NCBI GenBank assembly: GCA_904063045.1
Contig: CAJFCJ010000005.1
Location: forward strand, 4,369,689-4,433,688
DNA length: 64,000 bases
Origin: Dimorphilus gyrociliatus
Taxonomy: Eukaryota; Animalia; Annelida
Direction of reading: 5' to 3'
The notes below the pieces were generated by a model, which did not search any database, was not told the DNA's origin, and was given only the letters and a program-made list of their open reading frames with translations. This document shows, piece after piece, positions 13,645-26,564 of this stretch; positions within the stretch are counted from its first letter, which is position 1, and the number at the start of each line of letters is the position of its first letter. The position numbers and the translations under genes were made by a program.

Positions 13645-15849
13645 AATTTTCAATCGGAAGAGAGCTGATAATAGGAGGTGGAGGAGGACGAGGAGGAGAA
13701 GGAGGAGAAGAAGAAGGACAAAGAAGATGATGGTATGAAGAGTTATAGAAGGAAAAGAGGAAAAATTAGCTTGTCCTATTAGAGAGAGAAAGGGAAGAAG
13801 ACAGAGAAAAATTCCTCCTGAACAACACAAAAAAAGAGAGCGATCAATGTGTGATTTGTTAACGGCAACCAATTCGAATTATAAATAAGCAGTTCTTAAA
13901 AAGTAAATATTCCAAATTCAAATAATTTAATATTGATTATATAAGCTTTCATATAAATTTCATTCATTCATTCATTCACTCGTTCATTTATTCATTCAAT
14001 CATTCACGTAATTAGTCAATCAATCAATCACTTTTCCATAAAGATAATGAAGATGATAAGAAATTTAAAGATATCTTTTGTTTTTTTGTTGTTTTTTTTT
14101 TTTCTATTTTCTCATCCTATACTTTTAATTTTAGAGGATAAAACACGAATTTTACGGTGACGACGACTCTGATGGTGTTGGAATGGAAACATTTCGAAAA
14201 CTTTGTGGTTGGGGAGGAAGGGACTATAGATTATTCCTTTTGCATTAAATACAAAGAGTTTTGCAGAATGAAAAGATGATAACAGGATAACAAGGATTAT
14301 TACATATTTAGGACAGCCACCCTCCTCCCCCTCCCTCCATATGAAAATGAGGCAACATTGAATAAGGCGATAAAGGCGAATATCGCAATTGTTCTATTTT
14401 TAACGCCTACTATTCTTCAGTTGTGTTCAACATGTGCTTTCTCTTATTACATGCATACGGAATAACTAATCCACGTGCTAAGAGAGTGATTATTTGATAA
14501 ACGACCTGTTGAATCATAATGAGATGACAAATGATTTCTTTTTAAAAACAATAAATTCAATGACCTATTCAAAAACGAATTTTGTCCATCAGCTAATGGA
14601 CGACGACGATCTCGAGTGTTGTCCAGACAACGAACAATCGTGTAACCAGAATCCATTACGCTTCTATAACGCCTCTTCTAGCAGTCAAATCGTATTAATA
14701 AAATTTCATATAAAATATATATTATTCAATTTTTCTGTTTTTCTTTTTCAATCATTTCAAATCATTAATTCATTCTGTTCATATTAGAAAAAATTAGGCC
14801 TAAATCCAATTGAATTATCTCTTGAAACGATTTTTTCAGTTTAATCTTGTCATTTGTCGATATGAAATCAACTGATTGAACTCTTCCTTCTATGAGGAGG
14901 ATTTGTTTTCTCCTCTCTCTCTCTCTCTTTCTCTCCCTCTTTAATTCCATATTTATTAAGTTTATTCTTTGGGAAAATTGTAAATAATTGTTCATTTTAG
15001 ACCTTTTCTCTCCGCCCACCCCCACCCCCACCCCACTCTCTCTCTATCTCTTCTCTCTCTTTCTCGTGTCTGGGTTCCCTTAGAATCTATTAATGAAACT
15101 TTATTGCCGTCTCCCTTATTAGATCAACAGTTTTTATTTGCTGTTAGTTTGTCAGCGATCTTAAACATCTTAAAGGAGGTGTGGGTGGGTTTTTACCTTT
15201 TCACTACATATATATATAAAGTATAATTCTTCTAGCTTATTCGATTTTCGAGTTGATTGAAGAAAAAAAAATGAACAAATGGATTTGAAAAGAAGAGAAA
15301 AACTTTCATTATTTATTCCATTTTTAAAAGGTCACGTTTAATACAATTCACTTTTCTCTAATAGGAAAATGTTTTCACCATTTCACTCTTATTATTCACT
15401 TTCCTCCTTCTAAACACGGAATATTTGAGAAAGGCGTTGTCCATGTCTTCATGGATAAAAACAGATAGTTTATCAATTTTAATCAATACAATTTATTCTA
15501 AATATCTTATGACAGCCGGCATACGTTTGTTCTCTTTATAATCAATTTTCAATCCGTCACCTAGTTTATTTTTTATTTCCTTTACTTTACGTTTCCTGTT
15601 GTAATACGTCATCCTTTTACTTTCTAACTATAAAGTGTTTAATACTCCTTTAAGTCTTTATTACTTTAACTTGGGAAAGAGAAGGGCAAAAGCGCGGCTA
15701 CTTCTTTTACCCTAGAAAGGAAGGCAGGAAGGAAGGAAGGATGAAATAGAAAAGAGAACTATGTAGAAAAGAAAGATGATTGAAAAGTGGATAATAAATA
15801 AGAGAGAGATTGATTTTTAAATGAAATTTATTGAAATTGAAAGAGCAGT

Positions 15850-16103
15850 TTAAGCGTGTTTCAAGATGTTGTAGTAGCAGTTGGAGGAACCATTTTCGTG
15901 GCAAGCAGTCTCGTCAACTGGACAACAGTCGTGTTCATCTCCTCTGATTGATGGACAGCATTTGAATCCGGCGTTGCAACAACCAGAAACGGTTGGCTCG
16001 TGCCAGCAGCAAATCTGACTGCCTGGTTGGCAAAAGTTGTCGGCGGGACATCCCCATGCTCTGGTTGTGGTTGGAAGAGTGGTGGCTGCAAAAGGCAAAG
16101 AGT

Positions 16104-16143
<40 letters not shown>

Positions 16144-16198
16144 ACTTACTGCAATAAGCGACAGCAACGAGAGCGGCGAGAGCAATCAACAATTTCAT
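15850..16198 (-). CDS. Secreted single-domain 12-Cys granulin-like peptide (GL1)
   Basis: Exon 1 16198-16150 encodes signal peptide MKLLIALAALVAVAYC; 64-nt phase-1 intron; exon 2 16085-15850 TTLPTTTRAWGCPADNFCQPGSQICCWHEPTVSGCCNAGFKCCPSIRGDEHDCCPVDETACHENGSSNCYYNILKHA*. Confidence 0.9.
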
Positions 16199-16652
16199 TT
16201 TTGGTTTGATTTGTAGTTCCTTGTACACTGCTACTAAAGAGTCAGAAATGGATAATTAGTTCATTCAACCCGTTCCTTTTATAATACTGAAATTTCAATG
16301 GGAAATGGCAGATAATAGATTTCGCTTTATCTTTATGTTGTTTTAACTTTGACTGATCAAATTTCCACTATTAATAACATTTACACATTCTCTCCATCCA
16401 TCTACTTTATTCTTTTTGAACAAAAAATAAAAAAAAAAAGAATTGAATTATTTTTTTTTTCTTGAAAAAGAAATTCTTTTTTAATGACATCTGCTTCCTC
16501 ACATAAAGTATACTTTATGCTTATCTTTGCAATTTTTACCTTTCTTCTTCATCCTTTCTATTCTTACTTTCTCTTTTTCAACGTACGATAGTTACATTCT
16601 GCCTTTGCCTTTTTGATATACTTTTAATCTTTGTCAGATATATAGCTATACT

Positions 16653-16683
<31 letters not shown>

Positions 16684-16917
16684 TTATATATACTGTGTAT
16701 TGCATTTTTATGCATGCATATATTATTGCTCTTTGCCATTCTCTTAGCTTTAGAATCTTTCATTTTCTATTCATATATTTGCCTATATCGTAGTTGTGTT
16801 CTCTCTTTCTCTCCAACTTTCTTTTTCGTTTTTCGACCTATCACTAGGCCTAATCAGCCAAAAAAAAAATTACTTCGACAGTTGGAATTTAAACGACATT
16901 TTGAAAAGAAAGAAGTT

Positions 16918-17372
16918 ATGACAATCAAGAAAGTTACTTTTCTTCTAGCTCTCTTTTCTCTTCTATACATTCTGAAGTTTTCGGGCAAGTTTAACTTTTT
17001 CCCCTCCACCCCTCGGCTTATTGGACAAACTTCTTATTAAAGCTTCCTTTACATATGATATTATATTCTAGTGCATTTATTTCTTTGTTTAAAGTTATCG
17101 GTTATTTTTGAAAGTATTATATTACAGAGTCTGCTTCGACCACTCCTCAATTTTACAATTGTCGACCTAACAACCCTTGCTCGTCGTCCGGTCAAGTTTG
17201 CTGCTGGGAAGAAGATGTTGTAGCGGGATGTTGCGAACCAGGATTTAGATGTTGCCCTTCGCAAACAGGAGACAATCACGACTGCTGTCCGGATTCTCAA
17301 GGTGTTTGTCACGAGAGTGGGGGAGCGTATTGTTATTTGGCGAAACTTGTTAACAAAAGAGGAAATTTTTAA
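16918..17372 (+). CDS. Secreted 12-Cys granulin-like peptide (GL2), not shown as such in the ORF track
   Basis: Exon 1 16918-16984 MTIKKVTFLLALFSLLYILKFS with G|GCAAGT (GC donor); exon 2 17128-17372 SASTTPQFYNCRPNNPCSSSGQVCCWEEDVVAGCCEPGFRCCPSQTGDNHDCCPDSQGVCHESGGAYCYLAKLVNKRGNF*. Confidence 0.88.
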
Positions 17373-18647
17373 TATAGAAAGAATTCTAAAAGATTTTTAG
17401 AATATTTCTTTAAAAGCAAAATATAAACCGTCTATTTTTTTATTTATACCTTTTCTCCACAATTTCAAAGCTCTGTATAACTACAAACAAGTCATTAATC
17501 TCATCCATTTTTCCTGTTCAACTCTTACTCTTTTTATCTTCAAAAATCAACTACTATTATGAATGTTCATAGATGTTACTTTCGTATTTCGCCCCTTAAC
17601 ACTTTCTCCTCCTTCCTACGTTAATCGACGGATAGTTTATCTATTGGGAGAAGAAAACGAGACACGAAATGTGATTAAATTCGTATTGTAATCCTAGAAG
17701 AAATTCTATTAGGACAATTTTAGGTTTTCTTCTTTCTCTCTTTCCTTGTAGTGATGTCTTAGAATACTACTATTTTGTTATATAAGAGAGAGAGAGAGAG
17801 GGAGGGAGAGCGAGAGAGAGAAGACATTCAAGAGAAAGATATACAGGAATAATAAAAGATATTAATAGATCATGATTGATTTTTTTAATACAAATTGATA
17901 TTTGTGATATTACTCTTTATTCATATAAATGTTAGTATACCTATGTATACAGACACGTTTACATACATATACACATATTCTTCCCCTCTTAACCTTTTAA
18001 CTCTATTCTCGTTCCTTTTGCCTTTTCCATTCTCTCTTTTAGTCTTTCTGTTCAATCAATATATTAAAAACGAATTCATTCGAAACAGCAAGGGAGATTG
18101 AAAGATTTTTAGCAGGGGTGGTAAGCAACAAACTAATGGGGCAAAAAATATGATGTTAACGCTTCGTGGGTGTTTTAATCGTATGAGATAAAGGCCTATC
18201 TCTCTCTCTCTCTCTTCATTGTACTTTTCTCTCAAGTTAAATAAATAGTAAATCTGAACAGAGTCTCGAGAGAGTAGTTTGGACATTAATCGGAAGGGGA
18301 GGTGGAATTCTATTGAAACAAAATGAGTGGGAAGACGGGAGGAACCGTTAAGTATTGTTTAGAGAAAAATAACAAGAGACTGTTATCGAAAACTTTGAAG
18401 AAAAAAAGGGCAATAGGCCTAACTGATTAATGAATATTCAAGTTATCATAAAAATTGATTAAAAGCGGTTACGCATAAAAGGAGATAAAATGTAAATGAA
18501 TGTTTGTGTATGTATCTGATTGACATATGTTCGATATCTCACGCTCTTCGTGCCAGGTACCGCAAATCTCTACCTATTGACGCAAACAAAATCTGCAAAT
18601 TTAAGGCCTTATTCATCTAATTCTTGGTTACGCTCTTAATTCAAAAC

Positions 18648-19078
18648 ATGTCTTTAACTATCAAATTTGCTATATTTTTCTCCTTTTGCTTAATTGCAAA
18701 CGCCTATCCAGGTAAGTTTGTTTTGTTAATTCACTTTCTCTAACCCTTTCTCTCTCTCTCTCTCTCTCTGTATCTCTGCTATTCTAGTTTAATAGTTACA
18801 TGGTATCTTTTTTTACAGGAAATCCGTTTCGTAAGGAAAATGACAGCTGTAGACCAAATAATCAATGCCAAGCAGTTGGACAAGTTTGTTGCTGGGAATT
18901 GGATCAATCCATTGGATGCTGTGAAAAAAACTTTAAATGCTGCCCTTCGCTTAGTGGAGATCGTCACAATTGCTGTCCGGTAAAAGAGTCCGAATGCAAC
19001 AACAATAATGGAGCGTCTTGCTATCTTTTGAAAACAGTTTTAAAGAAAACTGGAAAAACTTCAGTAAAAGAGGATTGA
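18648..19078 (+). CDS. Secreted 12-Cys granulin-like peptide (GL3)
   Basis: Exon 1 18648-18711 MSLTIKFAIFFSFCLIANAYP|gtaagt; exon 2 18819-19078 NPFRKENDSCRPNNQCQAVGQVCCWELDQSIGCCEKNFKCCPSLSGDRHNCCPVKESECNNNNGASCYLLK... Confidence 0.9.
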
Positions 19079-20295
19079 TTTTAAAACAAAAAGTCTAATA
19101 GAAAAAAAGAGAGAGAGAGGCCATGGCTTGATTTTTATCTAAAATAGAATAAAAAAGATTGAACAAGACTCTACAGATATTTCTATCCCGTCTCTCTCTC
19201 TCTCTCTCTCCCTCTCTGTCTCCCTCTTTTGATTGCTAACATATGTGAGGGGTACACTCATTTATTTGCTGTACTCTCCTTCATCGTAATTTTTCTACTC
19301 TTACTCCTACTCCTACTCCTGCACAACAACTAATTTTTACTTAAACTATCTTTTTATTCTCTTAAAAAAGAGATAGAAAACAGTTAAAGGAAGAAATAAA
19401 TGATCAAGTTTTCTATTCCTTTTTTGACTGAATGAAATACAAAAGTTTCGATTGGTAGAAGGTCTTTAGGCCTCATTTAAATATCAGTTTATATATATAT
19501 TATATATAAATAATAAAAATATAGCTTTAATTTTATCTTTAATCTTATTTTTAAAATATTTTTTATATCTAAATAAAAGAACCGAGTCTTTTGATTTGTT
19601 CATTTTTCTCTATCTTTCCTCTCTCTCTCTCTCTCTCTATCTCTCGTCTTGAGCTCTTTCAAATTCAACTTTCTATCAAGTTTATATGCTATCTATATTT
19701 TAAGTATCCGCATTAAAAACAAGAAGCTAAAAAAACAGGTTATGCAATCTTTTCGTCCTATTCCTCCTACTTGTCTTAGTCATTCCTAATCCAATCTATG
19801 TTACCATGACAAAGAGTCGGCCTAGGATAAAACTGAACTGAAATATAGATGCCTAGAAATTATAGTTCAATAGTAAAATCTGACGAAAAGAAAGAGAAGT
19901 GTAACAAGCGGGATAGACAATGATCTATGGAGATAAAAGATGGCTCTTTGATACATTCTCTCCAAGACTATAAATAGGTATGTATCATACGGTATGTATG
20001 TATATTTATTTGGCTTGTTGATATAGTAAAAACTAAACGGGAGCGCAAAGTGGAAACTTTAACTGCGTCGCCTAGTCGTTAAGTGATAAAAATAGCAGAT
20101 GTCGCATTACATGTACCTAATTTTTGTACGCTTTTTTTTCCAAATATACATCATTTTGACCCAGATTTTAAATATGAATAAATTCTGATGTAACGATGAT
20201 AGCTATCTTATTATTTCCTCAACTCTTATTCTGGAAACTAGTTCTTCCGATTTCCCTTTCTTTTTCTTTGCATTTAGAGAAATCCAGCTAATAAA

Positions 20296-20740
20296 ATGTT
20301 TTCAAAAGCAATCCTACTGTTCTTTTTACTCTTTTGCTTCTTCTTCTCTCTTCACCAAGCAAGGATGATTAGCAATTTACAAGAAACCACTCCACAATTT
20401 GGTAATTGCAGGTAAGCGTGAACAGCTTGAATGAATGAACGATTCAGACAATTAATTGAACGAAATTGATAAATATAAGATAGAACCAATTGTAAATCCA
20501 TTTTTGGATTAAAATACTCTTTTCCCCTCGGCTATTCCCTATTATAGACCAGACAACACTTGCTCGATACAAGGTGAAATTTGCTGTTGGGAAAGCAATA
20601 CAGTTAGCGGTTGTTGTGAAACCGGATATAAATGTTGCCCCTCCCAATCAGGAAGTGCGCACGATTGTTGCCCAGAAAGTGATGAAACTTGTCAAGGATC
20701 GCAATGCTATTTGGCCAAAGTTTATAAAAATTACAATTAA
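20296..20740 (+). CDS. Secreted 12-Cys granulin-like peptide (GL4), absent from the ORF track on this strand
   Basis: Exon 1 20296-20411 MFSKAILLFFLLFCFFFSLHQARMISNLQETTPQFGNC|gtaagc (phase 2); exon 2 20548-20740 PDNTCSIQGEICCWESNTVSGCCETGYKCCPSQSGSAHDCCPESDETCQGSQCYLAKVYKNYN*. Confidence 0.88.
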
Positions 20741-22953
20741 TAAAGGATAAGAAAAAGGGAAGAGAAGATAAGGAAGAAAATGAAGAAGAAGAAGAAGAAA
20801 AACAGCAATAATATTTAAAACCAAACCAAATAAAATATGATGATAATTTTAGAATTGGAATTTTATTGATTTTTAAGGATTTTCTCTCTTTCCTCTCCTC
20901 TTTTTCTCTTCTCTCTTTTATTTGTTTTACATTTTTCACATCAATACGCTTTTTCATTAAAATAAATACAATTTAGTTAAATAAAACAATCCTTCAGTCT
21001 TCGCCTATCCATCTATTTAAGTGATTTTGATATCTTCTTTATCATCTTCATTCTTCTTTCATATTAATGGAGGAAGGGAGAGGGAATAAATCAAAGTAAT
21101 CTTATTAAATATGAACGCTTGGAAGGGAAAAACAAATATTCAACAGATGGTAAAGAATAAATTAAACTAGTGGGTGTGTTCAGGGCAGTGTATCCTTTTT
21201 TAATATTAACAAAGCCAATAGATTAGTACTACTATACACTGTATCTACACATTTCGTTGATGTGTTGAACGATGGCCAAATTTTTCAATTCTCCTTTCCT
21301 CCTATACGAGTAATAGGACAGAATATACAACATACAAACACTTGCAGACTCTTTCTTGGCTTTAGAATAGTCATTATCGCTTTATTTATTTTTATTATTA
21401 TTGTTATTATAGTTGCTTTTTATCTTATTGTTGTTTTCTTTATAAAACTATATTATAGTGTATATACGAGATCCTATTCAATCATTAAATGAGCATGCTT
21501 TGTCTTCCTTGTCTCTTGCGTTTCCTTTAAACAGTTTACTTAATTTCTATTCATAGAAACATTGTATTTTTAATCAAAAGAAAGTTAATTTTAACTCTTT
21601 TGTCTGGCCTTTTTTGTTATTTATAGCGATGATACTTAAACCTATACAGTATAAACTAATATATAATTATATTATATACACAGTATATATATATATATAT
21701 ATATATATTTGTATTTGTCTACTAAAGGAGAGAAAGATGAAGGAATTGCTTTAACTAATCTTTAAATCTTTTATATACGAGGATCCACTATAAGAAATAT
21801 ATTCAATTAAAAATAAACTGCTTTTCTCAAGGCTTGTAGTAAGTTAGAAAATATCGTTCAAGTGGCACTTGATCGGTGATATTGAGAGATAATTAAAGAT
21901 TATATGTATCTATCTAACTATCTCTTTATTCTCTCTTTTACTAATTTTAATCTATAGTCTTTTCAATTGTAGTCAAGATGACTAGTAAATACAAATAAAC
22001 TAGACGATATATTCCATTGTATAAACATTTCTTCTACCTCTTTTTTACGTTGAGTAAAACTACTACGACTACTACTGGTAGTAGTATTACTACCAGTTTT
22101 ACCACAGATATTCACTTGATACTATTTATCCCCATCCTTCTCTTAATTCACTTGAAATCAATTCATTCTTTTTGTCTGAGTCATTCGTTAAACAGACCTT
22201 AAATGAGATAGCAGAATTTAGAAACATGACGTCAAAATACATAATCTCATTAGTAAATTGAAAAAGATAGTCAACCTGCAGACTTTTCAGATTGTTTTCG
22301 TTGAAAAGGCAAAAATAAAACTTTATACTGTATCTTTAATATAGATAAAAAATAACAAAACCAGAATTGCGACCACACCTCTCTCTCTCTCTCTCTCTCT
22401 TATTTTAACCTTTTAGACTTCATATGATTATTTTCTTTCTTTTTAGATTTTCTCTTCTAGTGCCGACAACTATTTGAAAAAGTGTAATTAACTTTATTAT
22501 AAGAATTAATCTACTTTAAAAGTTAAATTATGCCTTTAGAAAAAATATTTCAAAGTAATAATTGAAAGAAAAGGACAGGTAAAAGTATAGAGGAACAGAG
22601 ATAGATAGATAGATAGAGAGAAAGAGAAGAGAGAAAATGAATTAGTACAAAAATATTTCACAAAGGTAACTCGTCAGTGTAAGAAAAGCTGTTGGTTTTC
22701 AGATTAAGCATTACGAATAAAGATCGAAATGGCCGCTTTATGTAAGATTACTCTTTCTCGCAGACTAAACATCTATTCAAGCATATTTTAAGGAGCAACT
22801 TTACTATTCTTAAACAAATAAAATAAACAGTTAAGCAATAATGCCATTTCACTTAAAAATCGTTTATTATTCAACATAGAAAAACTGATTCAATACAAAA
22901 GAAATTGTCTGCCAATATTCTTCAAAAACTAGTGTCAACCTTTTATTCTTTAG

Positions 22954-22984
<31 letters not shown>

Positions 22985-23591
22985 CAAGATATACTGTATA
23001 TATATATAATATACATACTTTAAGTCATATTAACTTTGTCTGACTGACCACACCCTGATTTAAATTGACTATAATTTTGTTCATTGTAAATTGAATTCGA
23101 CCTATATATCCGAAACTATTACATCCTTTGATACCCTTCCCAAAAAAGCCAACAACAACAATTTCCCGTGGTTGTAATCGAAATCTCTCGATTTCCATTA
23201 TGGATTATATCTTATCTGAAGTGGCTTATTAAAGAGAAAATTTTATCTCTTAGCTCTCCAATTAAACATGATTATTCAACAAATAACGTGAAATCATTGC
23301 ACAATGTATGTATTTGAAAACATCTCTGTCTCGTCATATTATTGATGGACATCCATTTCTCCTAGTATAGGATAAATTTCAGAGTGAGGTCATACAGTAT
23401 GTAGTTCTTTAATAAACTGCACTCCTCCCAGATAAAAAGAAATTAACTTTATCGAATACATAAAATATTCTTATCTTATCGAGATATCTTAGATTACGCT
23501 TAATTAGTATTAGCCCTTATAAAATCAATGGATTTTAAGCGATTTCAATTTACTTTATCTTTTGACAGCAGTTGCAGTTGAAAAGTGAAAA

Positions 23592-24443
23592 ATGAAACTA
23601 GTTTTTATTTCTGTTCTTTTATCTATTGGTTTGTCTTTAACCTTGCTTAGCTTTACCTTGAAAATACTTTATCTAAACTTTTTCTTTTCCCTATTGTCTC
23701 ATCAACAAATAAAGCTACTTGCTATGCCAATGAATGTATTGGTAAACCAGACGGAACGCATGTTAATCAGGCTTGCAATTACTACGTCGAATGTCGTAAT
23801 CAACAAGAATACCCTTTCTATTGTAATCCCCCATTGGTTTATAATCATTTAAAACGAAGATGTGACAAGTATGTTGTGTTCAATAGGCTGTTCACTTTTG
23901 CTTAAAACATTTCTTTACCTTAGTCCAGAAAGTACTCCTCCTCCATGTGGACAACAAGAGAATTGCGATTCCCTACCCGATGGAAAATATCCCATTCTAC
24001 GATTCCAATGCAGATGTTATTTCACCTGTAGATCATCTATAAATATAGGAACCCAATGCTGTCCGGGTGGTTTGTAAAATACTTTCAATTTTTAAATACA
24101 GTGAAATGATGGAATGAAATTTCTTTCAATAGGTTTGGTTTGGGATATATTTTCCGGAGTTTGTAATTGGGATTATCAGGTTCCTCCACCGTGCGGAACC
24201 AAACCAGTGCCAACGCCTCCAGTCGAAACAACGTCTACTCCAGTCAAAACAACGTCTGCTCCAGCCGAAACAACGTCTTCTCCTGCGGAAACAACAACTA
24301 TGGGAAGCTCAGGTTCAGGATCAGGCTCAGGTTCAGGATCAGGCTCAGGTTCAGGATCAGGCTCAGGTTCAGGATCAGGCTCAGGTTCAGGCTCAACTTC
24401 AAATTTTGACACAAATTTCGATGAATTTGTATTGATAAATTAA
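23592..24443 (+). CDS. Secreted peritrophin-like protein: 2x CBM14 chitin-binding domains + Thr/Pro stalk + (GS)n tail (CB1)
   Basis: Exons 23592-23628 (37 nt, signal), 23715-23868 (CIGKPDGTHVNQACNYYVECRNQQEYPFYCNPPLVYNHLKRRCD), 23924-24069 (CDSLPDGKYP..CRCYFTC..CCPG), 24133-24443 (LVWDIFSGVCNW..PPPC, TTS repeats, GSGS). Exon sizes 37/154/146 match CB2 and CB3. Confidence 0.9.
24307..24395 (+). repeat. Coding 18-bp tandem repeat (GGCTCAGGTTCAGGATCA) encoding poly-Gly-Ser
   Basis: About 4.5 near-perfect units read directly inside the last exon of CB1. Confidence 0.95.
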
Positions 24444-26564
24444 GTTTTGAAATAGGAAATTAAACTGTATATTGTATATAATAATATTAGAGAGAAGATA
24501 TTCTTTAGGAAGATGTTTGAAATCTTTCTACTCCTTTATCTCTCTATCTATCTATATTTGTCGTTTCTTTCTCGTCTCTTTGCAACCTGCAGAGAGAAGA
24601 GAAAGAAAGACAGAGAGAGAGAGAGAGAGAAATAAGCTATGTACCTTTTTAAATTAATAGATAATTCTAATAATACTTCATTAATTGAATAAAGAAGAAT
24701 AATAGTAATCTTAAAGAAAAACTTGTTTCTAGATTTAATAGTAAATTCAGTAAATTTCCTGTAGATGGCAGCGTTGTTTAAAATAAGTCTATTGTTAACA
24801 AAAGTGAAAGTTATTTAACAATAGGAGGATGAATGGTTATTGATGATAGAATGTTTCTATTTTAAAGAATTAACGAATTATGTAAAAAACAAGAAGAACA
24901 AAATGAATAGATTTATAGATTTTTTAATTAGTTTGTTTCTTTGTTTCATTTGTTTTTAGATGAACAAAAATTTATTGATTTTTTTTTTTAAAAAAAAAAT
25001 CTATTCCTTTTTTTTTTGGTTTTATTTTGTAAACTTTTTCTAAATTGATAAGAAAAAAAGAAAAACAGGCTTAAAGCATTTACTCTGTTAGGCTTCAATT
25101 TGATCTATCTACAGTATGAGATGGAAGGCTAAATTTCGGAGAGGGTCAAAAGGAAAATAGTAGGGAGAGAGAGATGGGAGGGAGTGTTAATTTATATCTC
25201 TTCCTCTCCCCCCTAAATGTACAAGTATGTGATTAGTCAGATCTCTATTGTATAGTTATTATCTCCGTTTATTAGATATTACATAATAGATGACGAAAGC
25301 TACCGATAGAATAAGATCGGTAACAGTTCTATAAAATAGCATTCATTTAAAATTCACTTTACGTATCATCGATTTCAATTTCGACAAGCAGGTGGCGCTC
25401 TATGTTAAAAGTTCTTTAAAAAAGGATTTTTAAGGACTGATATATCTTATGCACGAAGGAAAATAATGATTTTTATTTACTTGATTAGTTTAGCTTCTCT
25501 CTCATTTTAATCTTTGTAAACTCTCCAATCTTTTATAATCTTTAGAAGATCTCTTCTCTTTCTCTCGTCTCTTCCTCTTTATTCTTCAGTGTCTAATTAT
25601 CACTTGACTTGACTTTTAGAGATTTTGGCAGAAAGTTTTTTATTAATGATGTCCGTAGTGGCCTTGTTTCTTAGCTTTAGTCAATAGGCATGTCTATGAA
25701 ATGCAAATGGACACGTTACATCCATTCGGACATATTTGTTTTTATAGTTGATTCTATTCCTCCATCAACGTCTGGAAGAATCATCGATTACTTTGCAAAG
25801 AATGCAGCATATAGTTGGCAGAGAGAAAGCTAAAAGAGATGACGATTCAATCTCTGTACATTTAAAAGACTACCTACACCTAATACCTGACTACATTTAA
25901 ACTTTAAACCATCATATACAGTAAACTGAATTGTGCAGAAAACAACCTTACCCTTTATTCTTTATACCCTAGAACTGAGACACATTCCCAAGTCTTTTCA
26001 GTTAACCCTTTCCTAACCTAGCCAAATCCTCAATTAAATTCTCCTAACAGTATGAATATCTGGAATATCTGAAATCTTACGATGAATTCTCCCATGAGGA
26101 GGAGGAGGAGAAGAGGACATTTTCTCTATCATTTAGAGATAATAATTATAGGGAAGAATTAACAATTGATACTATACAGTATAGATATATCCGGTATATT
26201 GAATATCTATGGTTGCAATACCAGGAAGAAGAGAGAGAGAAAAGGTGAGAAATATTGCAAGTGTATATTAAAATCCTTTAAGGCAAACATTAAGAAAATG
26301 TATATTTTTATATTAAGAGAAATAGAAAAGAAAGCTAGAAATATCACTCCAAAATACATTATGATTAGTAGTAGTATAGAGGTAAAACATCAAAGAAAGA
26401 AGAGAGGTTTTATCTTTATTATCTTTTAACTCTTCCTCTTATTCTCCTTCTTAAAATTTTTCTCAAGAAAAATCTCTATATAGTATTAAATAAAAACAAA
26501 AACGCTTGTCTGCTTTTTTCCTCTCCTTTGACTTTGCCGTCTACTTGTTTTGTTTCATTCTCTT

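Noticed and set aside
24307-24395. Short direct repeats here and at 50752-50794 as possible CRISPR-like arrays
   Set aside because: The units are contiguous with no unique spacers, and the context is eukaryotic.
24167-24412. ORFs with RFRIRLRFRIRL (+) and EPEPDPEPEPD (-) repeats
   Set aside because: They are alternative frames or antisense of the (GS)n repeat in CB1; only the GS frame links to the CBM14 exons.
25640-25835. Possible two-exon small secreted peptide (MMSVVALFLSF / DSIPPSTSGRIIDYFAKNAAYSWQRES)
   Set aside because: The donor is weak, there is no homologue in the window and no recognisable motif.
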